NCBI GenBank assembly: GCA_043228905.1
Contig: JBHGNT010000001.1
Location: forward strand, 11,532,001-11,596,000
Length of the DNA: 64,000 nt
Direction of reading: 5' to 3'
Source of the DNA: Azolla caroliniana
Lineage: Eukaryota > Plantae > Polypodiophyta
The position numbers and the translations under genes were made by a program. Position 1 is the stretch's first letter, and each line of letters opens with the position of its first letter. The notes under the pieces were generated by a model, which saw nothing but the letters and a program-made list of their open reading frames with translations, had not been told where the DNA came from and made no database searches. Below, piece by piece: positions 36,227-48,722 of this stretch.

Positions 36227-36365
36227 TAGGAGTCGGCAACCGTTAGGGTCAAGTCTAAACTGAGCCATTTAACCGTTGTTAAAAGGTTTGGAAGTTTGGT
36301 TTGGCTCCATTTAGGCTTGAGACGTCTTAACCAACTCAAACCTGTTAAGTAGGTTAAACCATTTA
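36227..36365. mobile_element. Left half of a hAT MITE (same family as 18387-18670)
   Basis: Starts TAGGAGTCGGCAAC, preceded by AAGGATAT (36219-36226). Confidence 0.75.
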
Positions 36366-36424
36366 TACATGTTTTCAGCTTATCGAAAGAGAAAGAAAGA
36401 AAGAAAGGTGATCATTGGGAGACA

Positions 36425-36965
36425 AAGATAGATAGATAGATTCTATTATCATCTTCGGAGGTCAAATATGACCTATGAGGCCAATAATATTACATTTCAT
36501 GTGATACGTGTGAAAGTGAGTAGCGACTCTCGATGTTCAAGAACTTTACCAATGAATGTTGCAATCAAGAGTGCACATTGTGGTTGTGAGAGAAATTCAA
36601 GCAAGGATTGGGCTCAGTCGAAGATGTGTGAAAATCATGGTCATATATGATCAAAGGCACAGCATTGTATCAAATTGCGATACTCAAACTCTCGAACTTG
36701 TTGAGGTCAAAGTGTGTATAGTCTACCACTTTCATCACTTGTGCCCCAACACCCCATCTCACATTGTAATGCATCTAAGCTAAGTCGCATGGAATCAATG
36801 GTTCGAATGGCAAACAACGGGATGGGCTCTAACATGTATCGATGTGTACGGTTTTCCACATTCCGCGAAGAATATGGTTTTGTAGTTAGGTACACGTGTG
36901 TAGTATAATGTGTGAAGCGTGAGCCTCCCCATTTCGCCCATGCCATGATACATTGGCATTGCAAA
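36425..36965 (-). mobile_element. RTE-like LINE 3' fragment with (CTAT)n tail
   Basis: C-terminal RLS..LQCEMGCW..RL.TL..EY..LIQC motif, 3' hairpin, GATA repeats. Confidence 0.7.
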
Positions 36966-36996
36966 AAGGTCTCATTTATAGAGGAATCTAGTATTT

Positions 36997-37028
<32 letters not shown>

Positions 37029-37035
37029 CACAAAT

Positions 37036-37250
37036 GGATGTAGCTTAGTTGGTACGGTTGCCCAATGGAGACCAAGTGGTCATGGGTTCAACCCCTACAT
37101 TGCATAGTGGCAACTAGTGAAATAAGAGATACATCTATGAAATAATAAAGAGGTGAGAAAATTTTGGGTTTGAACCCAAGATGTAGTACTAGTAATGTAA
37201 ACAAGTTACTACTAGAGTAAGCTAAGTACAATAAAAAAGAAGGAAAAAAT
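37036..37250 (+). mobile_element. tRNA-derived SINE-like element next to (AG)n
   Basis: A box TAGCTTAGTTGG, B box GGTTCAACCC at tRNA-like spacing, A-rich tail, second copy at 14910-15054. Confidence 0.7.
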
Positions 37251-37270
37251 AAAGTATGAAGATCACAACA

Positions 37271-37716
37271 TAGAATGTGCAGGGATTGTATTCTATATTT
37301 AGAATGCATGAGGTTTGGAGGGTTGTATTAAGTGAGTAGTGAAATGTTTTATGTGTTGTAAAGCATAAAGATCATCATAACATTGCATTAAGTTGTTGTT
37401 CCAAGGGTTATACACTATGTTATGCTAGCAATGTTCAATCAAATAATTCAAGGATTGTGATGTTTATTAGAGACAAATTTGACCCAATATGACGGCAAGT
37501 AGAATGTGCAGGGATTGTATTCTAGATTTAGAATGCATGAGGTTTGGAGGGTTGTATTAAGTGAGTAGTGAAATGTTTTATGCGTTGTAAAACATAAAGA
37601 TCATCATAATGTTGCATTAAGTTGTTGTTCCAAGGGTTTTACACTATGTTATGCTAGCAATGTTCGATCAAATAATTCAAGGATTGTGATGTTTATTAGA
37701 GACAAATTTGACCCAA
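37271..37716. repeat. 217-bp direct duplication (37271-37487 and 37500-37716)
   Basis: TAGAATGTGCAGGGATTG..GACAAATTTGACCCAA occurs twice with few mismatches. Confidence 0.9.
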
Positions 37717-39857
37717 AATAATTGTTTTAGATGAGTTTGAAAGTTTTATAGTGGTTGAGATATGTTATAACGGCAAGTTCTTTGGTTCGTTGGTGTGTAT
37801 GTGTCGAATATTTCACAAGCACGGAAGTTAGAATGGAGATCGCTAATTTCAGTGCATGACATTGGTTGATTGGGTTTATTGATAAAAGATTTTAATGCTT
37901 GTTGTGAGGTATATAAATCAACATCTATTCATTTTATTATGGATGGACCAGAGGCTCAAGAGTGGGGAGATTTTGAGCCAAGAGTTATGTCAAGGGTTGT
38001 ATGGAAATGGATTATAGGAGATAACTTGGTTATACCTTTCAATTGGCTCAATATAAGGATACTTGGAGTAAGTTGGGTTGAATGTACATAATGCATGCTA
38101 AAGTGTTTTTACTAGAGTTCTTGGATATTTCAATGTCTTATGGGTCAATTATATCATAACATTTCCCATTAATTTATGAAATCATGCACCACTAAGAGAA
38201 TTATACCCACATAATGTATGGATTGAGGCTCAATTAGAGGAGGCCAAAAGCAAATTAGAGATGTACCAAAAACTTAGGAGTACCTATGCCTATCGAAGTA
38301 AGGCAACTAGCTGGATGAGGGTAGGAGATCGGGTTACTAAAGGATTTTTTGAAGCTGTTAAATGCAAAGGATCCGGGATTCAACCTTCATGCTTAAAAAA
38401 GATAGATGGCACAATGACCACGTGCAAAGAGGAAATGCTTGAAATAACCACAAGCTATTATACTCAACTACTAAGTGTATGCAATGAGGAACTGATTGAT
38501 CAGGTTGCCTTCAAAAATATAATAAATAGGATACCAAGGAAAGTTACAACTCAAATGATGGACCGACTAAATACCCCTATAGGTATGCATGAATTGTGGG
38601 ATGCTATTGGGGATATGAACAAACAAAGTTGTGCGGGAATTGATGGACATCCTATATACTTTTACATCTAATATTGGGATCTAATTAAGGATGACATGTT
38701 GGCAGGGATGCAATACATTATGGTAGAAGGATTAATGCCCATAACAATGTGCAGAGGCATGATTTATTTAATACCCAAGGTTGGTAAAGACCTAACAACG
38801 CTTGATAATTGGCGACCATTGACGATTCTCACCAATGCATTTAAGATAATGGCCAAAGAAGTAAGTAAGAGATCGAAAATGGTTCTTGGGGACATTATAC
38901 ATACAACGCAAACTGGCTTCCTGGAAAACCGAAGCATTGTTGACAATGTGATAACATTTCGGGAATACTCAGCATGGGCGGAGGATCAAGAAGTGGACCT
39001 AGCAGTAATGCTACTCAACTTTGAAAAAGCATATGACAGGATTTCATGGGATTTCCTAGAAGCAGTGATGGCAGTTCTAGGCTTTGAACAACAATGGATC
39101 CTTGGAATGAGTGCCTTTTAGAGAGGTGCATCCAGCCAGGTGTTAATGGTTGGAAGTATGGGGAAGAGCTTTAAGATGCTACATTCGGTACGCCAAGGAT
39201 GCCCATTGGCCCCGTACTTATACATCATTGTAGCAGAAGCTTTGCATTATCAAATTGCTGATAGATCTTGGCAAATACAAGGCCTTACCTTGCCCGATGA
39301 TGAAGGTATGGTGCTTGATACGGCATATGCTAATGACACAATGACCTATGTCAAAGGTGATGCACACAACTTGGGCAGATTGCAAAATGCAATTGATGAG
39401 TTTTGTAGGGGATCGGATGCTAAAATAAATTGGAATAAATCTGTGGGCATTTGGATTAGTAATAAGCCCATGTTAAATTGGGTCCCCAACCCCAATTTTA
39501 GATGGTTGAGGAAAGGAGAAGCTACTAGATACTTGGGCTTCAAAATTGGTATGGACATCGATCGAGTAGAACATTACAATCTACTAGTGGACAAAATAAA
39601 AGCGAAGTTAATATGGTGGAATGCAAGAAAACTATCCTTTGCGGGCAAGATTGTGATTGCAAATCAGATTCTAATGGCCACTATTTGGCATACTATTGCA
39701 TGTTGGATAATCGTGCCCAAGTCGATGAAATTGATAAAAAGGATTATCATAAATTTCTTATGGGGGGCATGGAGGAAAAATAGGCCCGTGCAAAGGTTGC
39801 TTGGACCACGTTTATAAAAAGGAAAAGTGAAGGGGGGATGGGATTGATAGATCCCGT

Positions 39858-40607
39858 TGTCGTGTTGTTTCACTTTCACGTGGGAAATATGGCGGGACCA
39901 CGGGGGCCCTGAACCGAGGAGCAAGAGAAAGAAGTGGAAGGGAGAAGCGCGCAAGCGTAGGACCGGTTAGGCCTGTTTGCAATCGACAGCGCTTGCCGGT
40001 TGAATGAACCACCAACGCGTATACCGACTGAACATGAAGCACGCTCATGGAAAGAAAAAAAAGAAAAAAAAGGAGACTCACAGAAACACAGATAGATGAA
40101 AAACGGGAGATTCAATTACAATAACAGTAAAGGTTGTTTGCAAGATTACAACCGGCTAGCCGATGATAGACCCAACCCAGACAATCACACACCCACGCAC
40201 ACACGGAGTAGAGCCTTGTCGAAAGGCACACGGCTTTCCTCGAAGCCGAGGCAACAAACTCAGAATCCTACAGAAAACAACGAAAGAGGAGGAGAGAGCT
40301 CGGTTCCCAGTCTGACAGCACCTCGTCCTTGCCCAAAACGCGATACCTTCTCAGTCTTCTTCCCTTCCCTTTTCTAGGCCGTCGGGGAGGGACCGTTACA
40401 CTCTGGTCACATCACTTTTATTCTCTGTCCCTTCAAACAAAGATCCTCTTTGATTCACTAACCTATTAATATAATCTTCCTAGGATATTTTCATTAGCCT
40501 ACCTATTCCTAATTATGTACTCCTTATCAATACTTGTGCCCACGTGTAAGGGCCGGTTCACGCGCCTTTTTCACCGATTCCGCCTAAGGCCGGTTTTCTT
40601 CACGACA
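39858..40607. mobile_element. Solo LTR (750 bp)
   Basis: 7-bp terminal inverted repeats TGTCGTG..CACGACA; 4-bp TSD CCGT; removal restores the LINE frame IDPVVQMK. Confidence 0.88.
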
Positions 40608-41292
40608 CCGTGGTGCAAATGAAGGCCTTGCTAGGCAAACTAGTGGTTAGGAGCCTACAACCTCCTGAGCCACCTTGGAAAGTTCTATGGCGACATAGAT
40701 GGAAGATGTGGTTGCCGAGACAAGGTGGACGTTGGCCAAGCAGCCCATTTTGGGGCTTTGTGCCAAAAATGAGACCCAAATATTGGGGAAGTATGCAGAG
40801 TCGTTGTGCTATTGGAATTATGAAAGCATGGCAAGAAATCAAAAAGGGGATCACATGTAGGTGGAAAAATGATGCATATGCGCGGATGTACATGCCAATT
40901 CTATGGAACCCATTGATTAGAGATATGGATGGGTTGATGATAGGCCAAAAAGCGGGTTTCAAATGGGCTGAGTTAATCAATGCCCAAGGGAGTGCATTAG
41001 TGGAGTGGGAGAGGTTTTTGTCCAATGAGGTGGGCACTCAAAAGGCTAGAATATGGAGAATAAGCAGGGGTAAAGGCATGCTCAAGAGCATTAAAGATGC
41101 CATTGCATGCTACAGGAATACCGTGGAAGAGGAAGAAGTAACAACCTCTGAAAATGCTTGGATAGAACTTATAGATGTTGAGAACTGTTTAATTGGCATT
41201 AAGGGAATGAAAGTAGAATGAAATGAGGTATTCTACTACAAACTAGAGCACGAAATGGTAAGAGTTGAGCAACCAGCCTTTCAAAGAGAAAG

Positions 41293-44200
41293 TGTTAGGA
41301 ATAGTACTAAAGCAGAGAGAGAATTAGTACTAAAGAAGAGAAGTAGGATAAGTACAAAGTGGCTAAGAGGCTTAAGATTGGCGTTGAACCAATTTGGTTC
41401 AAAACAATGCCTTGTGCCTCCTTTTATAGTGCTCTCAGGAGTAGTCCTGAAGCTTCTAGAATGTTCCAGAGAAATCTGGAATATACATTAATTTCTTATA
41501 ATAAAGCATAAATGAAAATAATATCCTACAAATTACAATAGATGGTGTGATGGTTAAGAGCTCGACCCATATACCCTAAGGTCATGGGTTCGAGTCTTGC
41601 CATATCATGACACAATCCCCCCCTTAAGTCGACGAGTGGAACGAGTCGACGATGATTGAGGACCGAGTTTGTCGGGACACTATCGGTGAAAATCAGCAAG
41701 AAGATCCTGAGCATTGGCGACATGCTCGACGGGCTCCCAAGTACGTTCGCTCGGACTATAGTCGAGCCAATCAACCAAATAATAAAGTTTGTTGCGAACA
41801 AATTTGGAGTCGAGTATGGCAACAACATCATACTCCGAGCCGGCGTCTAACTCAAGTGGGGGCGGCGGTGGTGTAACACGATTAGGAATAGTGTTTGCTT
41901 TATAAGGTTCAAGAAGAGAACTATGGAAGACCGGATGTATCCGAAGATGCAGAGGAAGATTACTATCGGTGAAAATCAGCAAGAAGATCCTGAGCATTGG
42001 CGACATGCTCGACGGGCTCCCAAGTACGTTCCCTCGGACTATAGCCGAGCCAATCGACCAAATAATAAAGTTTGTTGCGAACAAATTTGGAGTCGAGTAT
42101 GGCAGCAACATCATACTCCGGGCCGGCGTCTAACTCAAGCAGGGGCGGTGGTGGTGTAACACGATCAGGAATAGTGTTTGCTTTATAAGGTTCAAGAAGA
42201 GAACTATGGAAGACCGGATGTATCTGAAGATGCGGAGGAAGATCAAGGCGGAACGTGACATCATTAACCTTACCGGTAATACGGAAAGGATCGAGTCGTC
42301 GATAATCCAACTTGTCGCACGGTCGAGTAGTGTTGATGTGACGACGTAAAAGCCATACTCGATCTCCGATGGCAAAAGAGGAGGGAAGCCAATGACGATC
42401 CGCGTAAGTCTTCTGTGTCTGTTGAGCATGACAAAGATGAGTAGAGAGATCCATTTGGATCTTGCGTAGTCTCTCCAAATGATCCTTGGCACGAGGATTG
42501 GTAGGTAGCTCCGGGGTGTCGATCATCGACCAGCGAGGATGAGAACCGGTATAAGCGTAGAATGGGGAAGACTCGAGTCGAGGAGTGAACAGCATTATTA
42601 TACGCAAACTCCGCAAAGTGGAGAATCTCGGCCCAATCATCCTGTTGATAACTCAGGAAACACTGGAGATATTGCTCCAGCGTTTGGTTTGTTCGTTCCG
42701 CCTACCCATCGATCTAAGGATGGTAGCCGGAGGAGAGGTTGCAAGAGACCTTGAGCATCTTGAAGAGATGTTGCCAAAATTTGGAGACGAATTGCGGTCC
42801 TCGGTCACTGATGATACTGTCTAGGAGGCCATGATGTCGAAATACCTCACGCATGACAAGGGCGGCGGTTTCCTTGCTAGTGATGGCCTTAGTACACGGC
42901 ACAAAATGTGCCATCTTCGTATATCGATCGACGACGGTTAAGATAGCATCGAACCCCTTCGAGACCGGCAGATCTGTGATAAAGTCAAGACAAATAGACT
43001 GCCACGGCTTACTTGGAATTGGTAAGGGTTCCAACAAGCCATATGAATGGTGTTGTGGCATCTTTGCTCGACAGCAAGCATCACAGGTCCGAACGTAGTC
43101 ATCGACAAAACGTCGCATATGCGGCCACCAAAAGGATCGTTGGACTAGATCCAATGTCTTAGTGCTACCGAAATGTTCCGCCATATGGGTGTCGTGACAA
43201 CTTTGGACGATTTGAAGGCGACAGGAGCAATCGGGGACATATACAAGCTTTTTAAAGAATAACAAACCATCATGATATTCGAATTGTCGGTAGTCCATAC
43301 TTGGTTGTTGAGACTGGGAACAGGATGCCCGAGAGGTATCAATGTGCGCCAGAATTTCTTGAGCAAAATTGTCAGTCTTCAAGTTCGCACGTATGGTGTC
43401 GGTAATCTGGGAATCCATTGGGGTGTGAAAAATCCGCGTTGTGTGCAATCGTGTTGGTCCCAAGATTACTTGCTTTTGATTATCAAACGTTGGATCACCA
43501 GGACGAGGTGCAAGATATGAACGTCGTGATAGTGCATCTGCCTTTCCTTGCTGCTTCCTCGGTCAATATGCAATTTTGAAATCAAAACGTGTGAGGAATT
43601 GAGCCAACCTAGCTTGCCGTCGATTTAGCACACGAGCATTCTGGAAATAAGAAAGATTCTTGTGATCACTGAAGACGATGACCTGATGTGGAGAGCCCTC
43701 CAAAAAATGTTGCCATTGCACAAATGAATCCACGATGGCTAATAACTCCTTGTCATGTATTTCGTAGTTGATTTCCACAGCATCGAATTTGCGCGAATGG
43801 AAAGCCACAGGATGTAACTCTTCTTTATCTCCTTGTTGAGAAAGGATGCTACCAAGGGTGAAGACTGATGCGTCGGCCTCCATGATGAATGGTTTGCTTG
43901 TATCCACATGAGCTAGAATAGGTATTGATGTAAAGGCTTTCTTAAGATGCCGAAAAGCCATGTCTACTTCATTGGACCAAAGAAATGTTTGTCCCTTCCT
44001 CGTAAGTTGTGTGAGAGGTAAAATAATCTTCGAGTAATCCTGTATAAACTTGCAGTAGAAGTTAGCAAAACCTAGAAAACATTGTACATCTCGTACTGAC
44101 AATGGAATTTGCCACTCTAGCACAATTTGGACTTTAGCTGGATCCATGGAGATGCCCTTTGAGGAGATGACGTAGCCTAGAAATTCCACTTGCTTGCAGT

Positions 44201-47067
44201 CAAAGCTACATTTTTCTAGCTTGACATAAAGACCATTCTCGCGGAGTCTGTTTAGTACTAATAATACATGAGAATCGTGCTCTTCCTGGGTCTAGATCAT
44301 CCAGATAGATGATCAAACAGATATCCAAGAGGTCTCTGAATATATCATTTGCCATGTGTTGGAAGACTGCGGGTGCATTGGTTAGACCGAACGGCATAAC
44401 AATATATTCAAAATGCCCATACCGCATGCGAAAGGCGGTCTTCCATTCATCTCCCGGTCGGATCCGCACGAGGTTATACGCTCCTCGTAGATCGATTTTT
44501 GTAAAAAAGTTGGCACCATTAACTCGCTCTAAAAGACTTGATATAAGAGGAAGTGCATTCTTATTCCGAATGGTGACTTTATTTAAGCCGCGGTAATCAA
44601 CGACGAGACGAAGTGAGCCATCTTTCTTCTTGACAAAGAAGATGGGTGCTCCGGCCGGAGATTTCAAATGACGAATAAACCCGCTTGCCAAGTTCTCCTC
44701 TATGTAGGCTCGAAGAACTTCTAACTCGGTGGGTGACAAGTTGTAGATTGGTCCTCATGGTGGCTCTGCTCCTGGTTGTAAATCGATGGGACAATCGTAG
44801 GGCCGATGATGAGGAAGAGTACCGGCTTTTACCTTGTCAAATACGTCGGCATAAGGATGATATTTCGCCGGAAGTTGCACTAAGGATTCCTCCTTAATAT
44901 TGCTAGAAGGATGTACTAATATGGCAAATAGGAACATTGCCTCCTTGCGTCCTTCTTCGCGTAGTTGACATAGTGAAATGGTCGAAACTCGATGAGTAGA
45001 TTCTTGGGGTTGTCGATATCAGACTTCTCTTGTTCTCCAATCTATGTCTGGATTATGTAGTTCAAACCAAGGTAATCCTAGGACAATGGGATGCTCTAGA
45101 CTACTAATTATATTAAATGATACTACACACACAAAACTACCTAGGACAACCTGAATGGGTTCAGACTCTTCTACAATATTCCCGGAAGCAATGGGACGAC
45201 CATCAATGACTACTACAGATGCGGGGCAAGGAAGTTTTCTTAAGGATATCTGAGAAGCTTGGGCAAAATTTTGATCCATGAAACGGGAATTGGCTCCGGG
45301 ATCTAAAAGTGCTAGGACTTGTACTGGGGGAGTACTTTTAGTACTAACCATGACTTGGGCTAAGAACACATTGCTAACTTGCTTGGAGGAAATGGAACCA
45401 CTAATGGGCTGTACAGATCTAGGGTTGTCCAACCAAACGGCTCCTATTTTGGCTGGACTCAATCGTTTAACTCTTCATCTAATTGACTAAGGATTTCAAA
45501 TTTGTTTGAGATACTTGGGCTATTAGTACCATTAATACTATCAGACACTCCTAAGGGAAGAATTGACTCGGGTTTAGTACAGGCTACGATTTGATTTACC
45601 TATCTTCTTGGCCTATGGGGACAGTTGATTGTGATATGCCTTGGTCCACCGCAATAAAGACATAATCGATTTGCACGGCGTCATTGTTTTTCTTCTTCCG
45701 ATAACGAGCCACGTCGACGCATGGTGTCAATCTCCATCGGTGTCAGAGTATTTGCTTGAGGTATGTCGCGTGCGAACGCTTTAGCCGCGACTGAGGCGTA
45801 TGTGGGCTCCGGCCTAGAGTGTAGTATTTGTAATTGAGGTTCGGAACGTCGTTCAAAAAGGCGGTTGTCACATCGGACCGCTCAACTGATTACCTCCGTA
45901 AGAGATTTTGGTTCTTCGGGTAAGGTTAAAAGTAAATCTTTTACATCGTTTCGCAGGCCATAGCGAAACTGCTCCATTAGTGCTTGATCATCCCCGGGGA
46001 TATCTGAGGCGAGTAGACGGAAATCCGCTACGTAGGCAGAGGCTGGACGATCGCCTTGACGCAATCGTCGGATCTTGTTGATCGTCGTCCTGATGTTGTC
46101 GGTGTCTCCAAAGCATGCTTTAAACTCACTAATAAAATCTTCAAAGTTATTAAGCAAGGGCAATTGTTTTTCTAGAAGCGGAGCGAACCATACTAAGGCT
46201 GAGACGCTAAGCAACGTGCCTATTAGGCCGACTTGGGATGCATCAGTGGGGTATCGGGAAGGATGCATTTGGATGACTAATCATACCTGATTAAGGAATC
46301 CCCTGAATTGCGATCGCGTTCCATCAAATTTCACAAGAAGTCCAATCTTTGGCTCTTTATGAAATCCTTGGGGACTTGATCCTTGTTGTTGCAATGTTGC
46401 TTCGAGTTTTTGTACCCGTAATGCTAACTCCCCATGTTGTTGCTGCATTTGTTGTTTTTCTAGAGCGATTTGTTGCAGATCCCCTATAAGCCATTGGTTT
46501 TCTTGTTCCAAGGCAACAAATTTTTCTTTTAGGCACTATAGCTCGGAGAAAACGGATTGATATTCTTGGGCGCTAACAGTAGCCATAGTATAGGGAAAAG
46601 GGTAGGAGGATGAGGGAGAATGACAAGTAGGCTTGAGGAGGGAAATTGGTTCAAACTGTCAGGAATAGTACTAAAGTAGAGAGAGAATTAGTACTAAAGA
46701 AGAGAAGTACTATTAGTACTAAGAGGACGGGACTACATAAGATTCCCGAGAGAGAGAGAGAGAAGAGGAGAGAGAGAGAGAGAGATGATGATAACAGCTA
46801 ATATATTATGTGAAGGATAAGTACAAAGTGGCTAAGAGGCTTAAGACTGGCGTTGAACCAATTTGGTTTAAAACAATGCTTTGTGCCTCCTTTTATAGTG
46901 CTCTCAGGAGTAGTCCTAAAGCTGAGAAATTTGGAATATACATTAATTTCTTATAATAAAGAATAAATGAAAATAATATCCTACAAATTACAATAGATGG
47001 TGTGATGGTTAAGAGCTCAACCCATATATCCTAAGGTCATGGGTTCGAATCTTGCCATATCATGACA
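41293..47067 (-). mobile_element. Ty3/Gypsy chromovirus (Tf1/sushi-like, probably Tcn1-type), full length but degenerate
   Basis: LTRs at 46657-47067 (5') and 41293-41612 (3'), TSD GAAAG at 41288-41292 and 47068-47072, PPT AAGGGGGGGA. Gag from ATG 46586, protease LLDPGA, RT YLDD, RNase H, integrase, chromodomain YLVDWLGY..TWEP. Many stops. Confidence 0.95.
41681..42245 (-). repeat. 283-bp tandem duplication of the integrase tail and chromodomain
   Basis: IHPVFHSSLLEPY..YLVDWL..LADFHR is encoded twice (ORFs 41680-42114 and 41963-42640). Confidence 0.93.
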
Positions 47068-48722
47068 GAAAGGCTGATTAGGCTAATCGCAAAAAATGGC
47101 AAGAATATGATTATGGACCCTAAGCCAACGGAGATCACATCGGCGACAGTGTGTTGGCCTATACAAGGGCATTTGGATCAGTTATCATGGGACCCATCCA
47201 TGTATTGTTGGAGAACTCAAGGACGAACTAATGGGGAAAAGTTGGTTCAATTTTTCAGGTATAACACGAAGATTGGGAGAGAAATTATTCTAGAACAAGA
47301 ACACGACAAGATTGTAGCAAAGAAATTTTGGATACATGAGGGCATTAGTGAATTGAGACTAGGTAAATTCTGGAAAATGATATGGCATGACAGATATGAC
47401 CGCAAGATAATGATGAGTTTATGACTTATTGCACATAGAGCCTTGTCGGTAGGGACATGGGGTAAAGGCACCAATGTAGACCCTAGATGTATTGCATGTG
47501 GACAGATAGAAAGCATTTCCCATTGCCTATGGGAAAGTCGCGAGGCAGTGGTTGTATGGGGAAGGGCACTACGTTTGCTTTGCCATGCCTCTAGTTCGTT
47601 CACCCTCAACTGGGGACATGCTTGCTGGATTTGTCTTGAGGATGATGTGGCGAAATACAATAGCACATGCGATGCTAAGTTTAGAGGGGAGAATGGCATT
47701 GTGTGGTTGATCACTAACAACAAGGTACCTACAACTTGTGCATAGAATCAAAAACTTGGAGATTTGGGGATGTTGCTTGCCCCCATTACTATATGGTATG
47801 TATGGACAGCAAGGTGTACCAAGGTATTCTCAACACACAAACACCCCCCAGCTAAATCGATTAAGCTAATCTGGCACACATTAATAATTACACTAAGAGC
47901 TCAATATGAGCGGATTGATGGTAATAATGATGTTGCAGAACTAATGAGGCTGACTATTCGAAAGCGATGGTGTACTACACCGATGGCCGCAGCAAATGGA
48001 CTGGAAGTATGAAGTACCCAAATGGTTGTTACCCCCTCCCATTAGATGAACGAGGGGCGTGAAAGACATGGCATGTGGGATAGTGAATGTAGGTGATGTG
48101 CATGAAAGGATGGCTAGAGCCATATGTGAAAGTGTAAGGTAAATAAGCAAGATCTCTTGTGTAGTATAGGATAGTCTTCGCTCGGCCTTCCCAAGAAAGG
48201 GATCGAGTTTGTGTATATTTTAACTAAAGGAGTATATTCTTTTTTGGTAAAATAATAATAATAATAATAATAATAAGTTAGTGTTTTACATGAGGAAAAC
48301 CACCCTCGATTTTCAATTCATCATTTTTGGATCATGAAGTCTTATATGCCTATCTATATGTGTCAATTGATTGATATATTTGTCGATCATGTTCAATTTG
48401 ATGGGTATGAAGCATGGCAAGTGTTAGTTGCGAATGTTAAAAATTTAACTAGATATTATGGAATTCATCATGTCTTTAGGAAGAGAAAGAAATTAAGCCT
48501 CCTAGTTAATTTGCCCGATAAATGTAACTCGTTGTTAACTTATTGGCTAATGGATGTATAATTGATGGGATATCAAGAGATAATAACTTTTGTGATGCAC
48601 GAACTTACAACAAAAAATTTATCAACATGCTAGATTACATCGTCTAAGACAAAAAGTGGAGGATAATAATTGTCAATCATATAAAACTTTCCATGACCTT
48701 CATGAATCACATACACCACATA

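Larger units (their letters stand above)
38240..48276 (+). mobile_element. L1-like LINE (family Y) ORF2, degenerate, interrupted by a solo LTR and a Gypsy element
   Basis: W..GDRVTKGFF, NWRPLTIL, QTGF, FEKAYDRISW, RQGCPLAP, YAND (YADD-like), YLG, zf-RVT CIAC..ESISHCLW; (AAT)n tail at 48250-48276; 5' boundary approximate. Confidence 0.9.

Noticed and set aside
41541-41608. Functional tRNA gene
   Set aside because: Stems pair poorly and there is no clear anticodon arm; kept only as a tRNA-like cassette.
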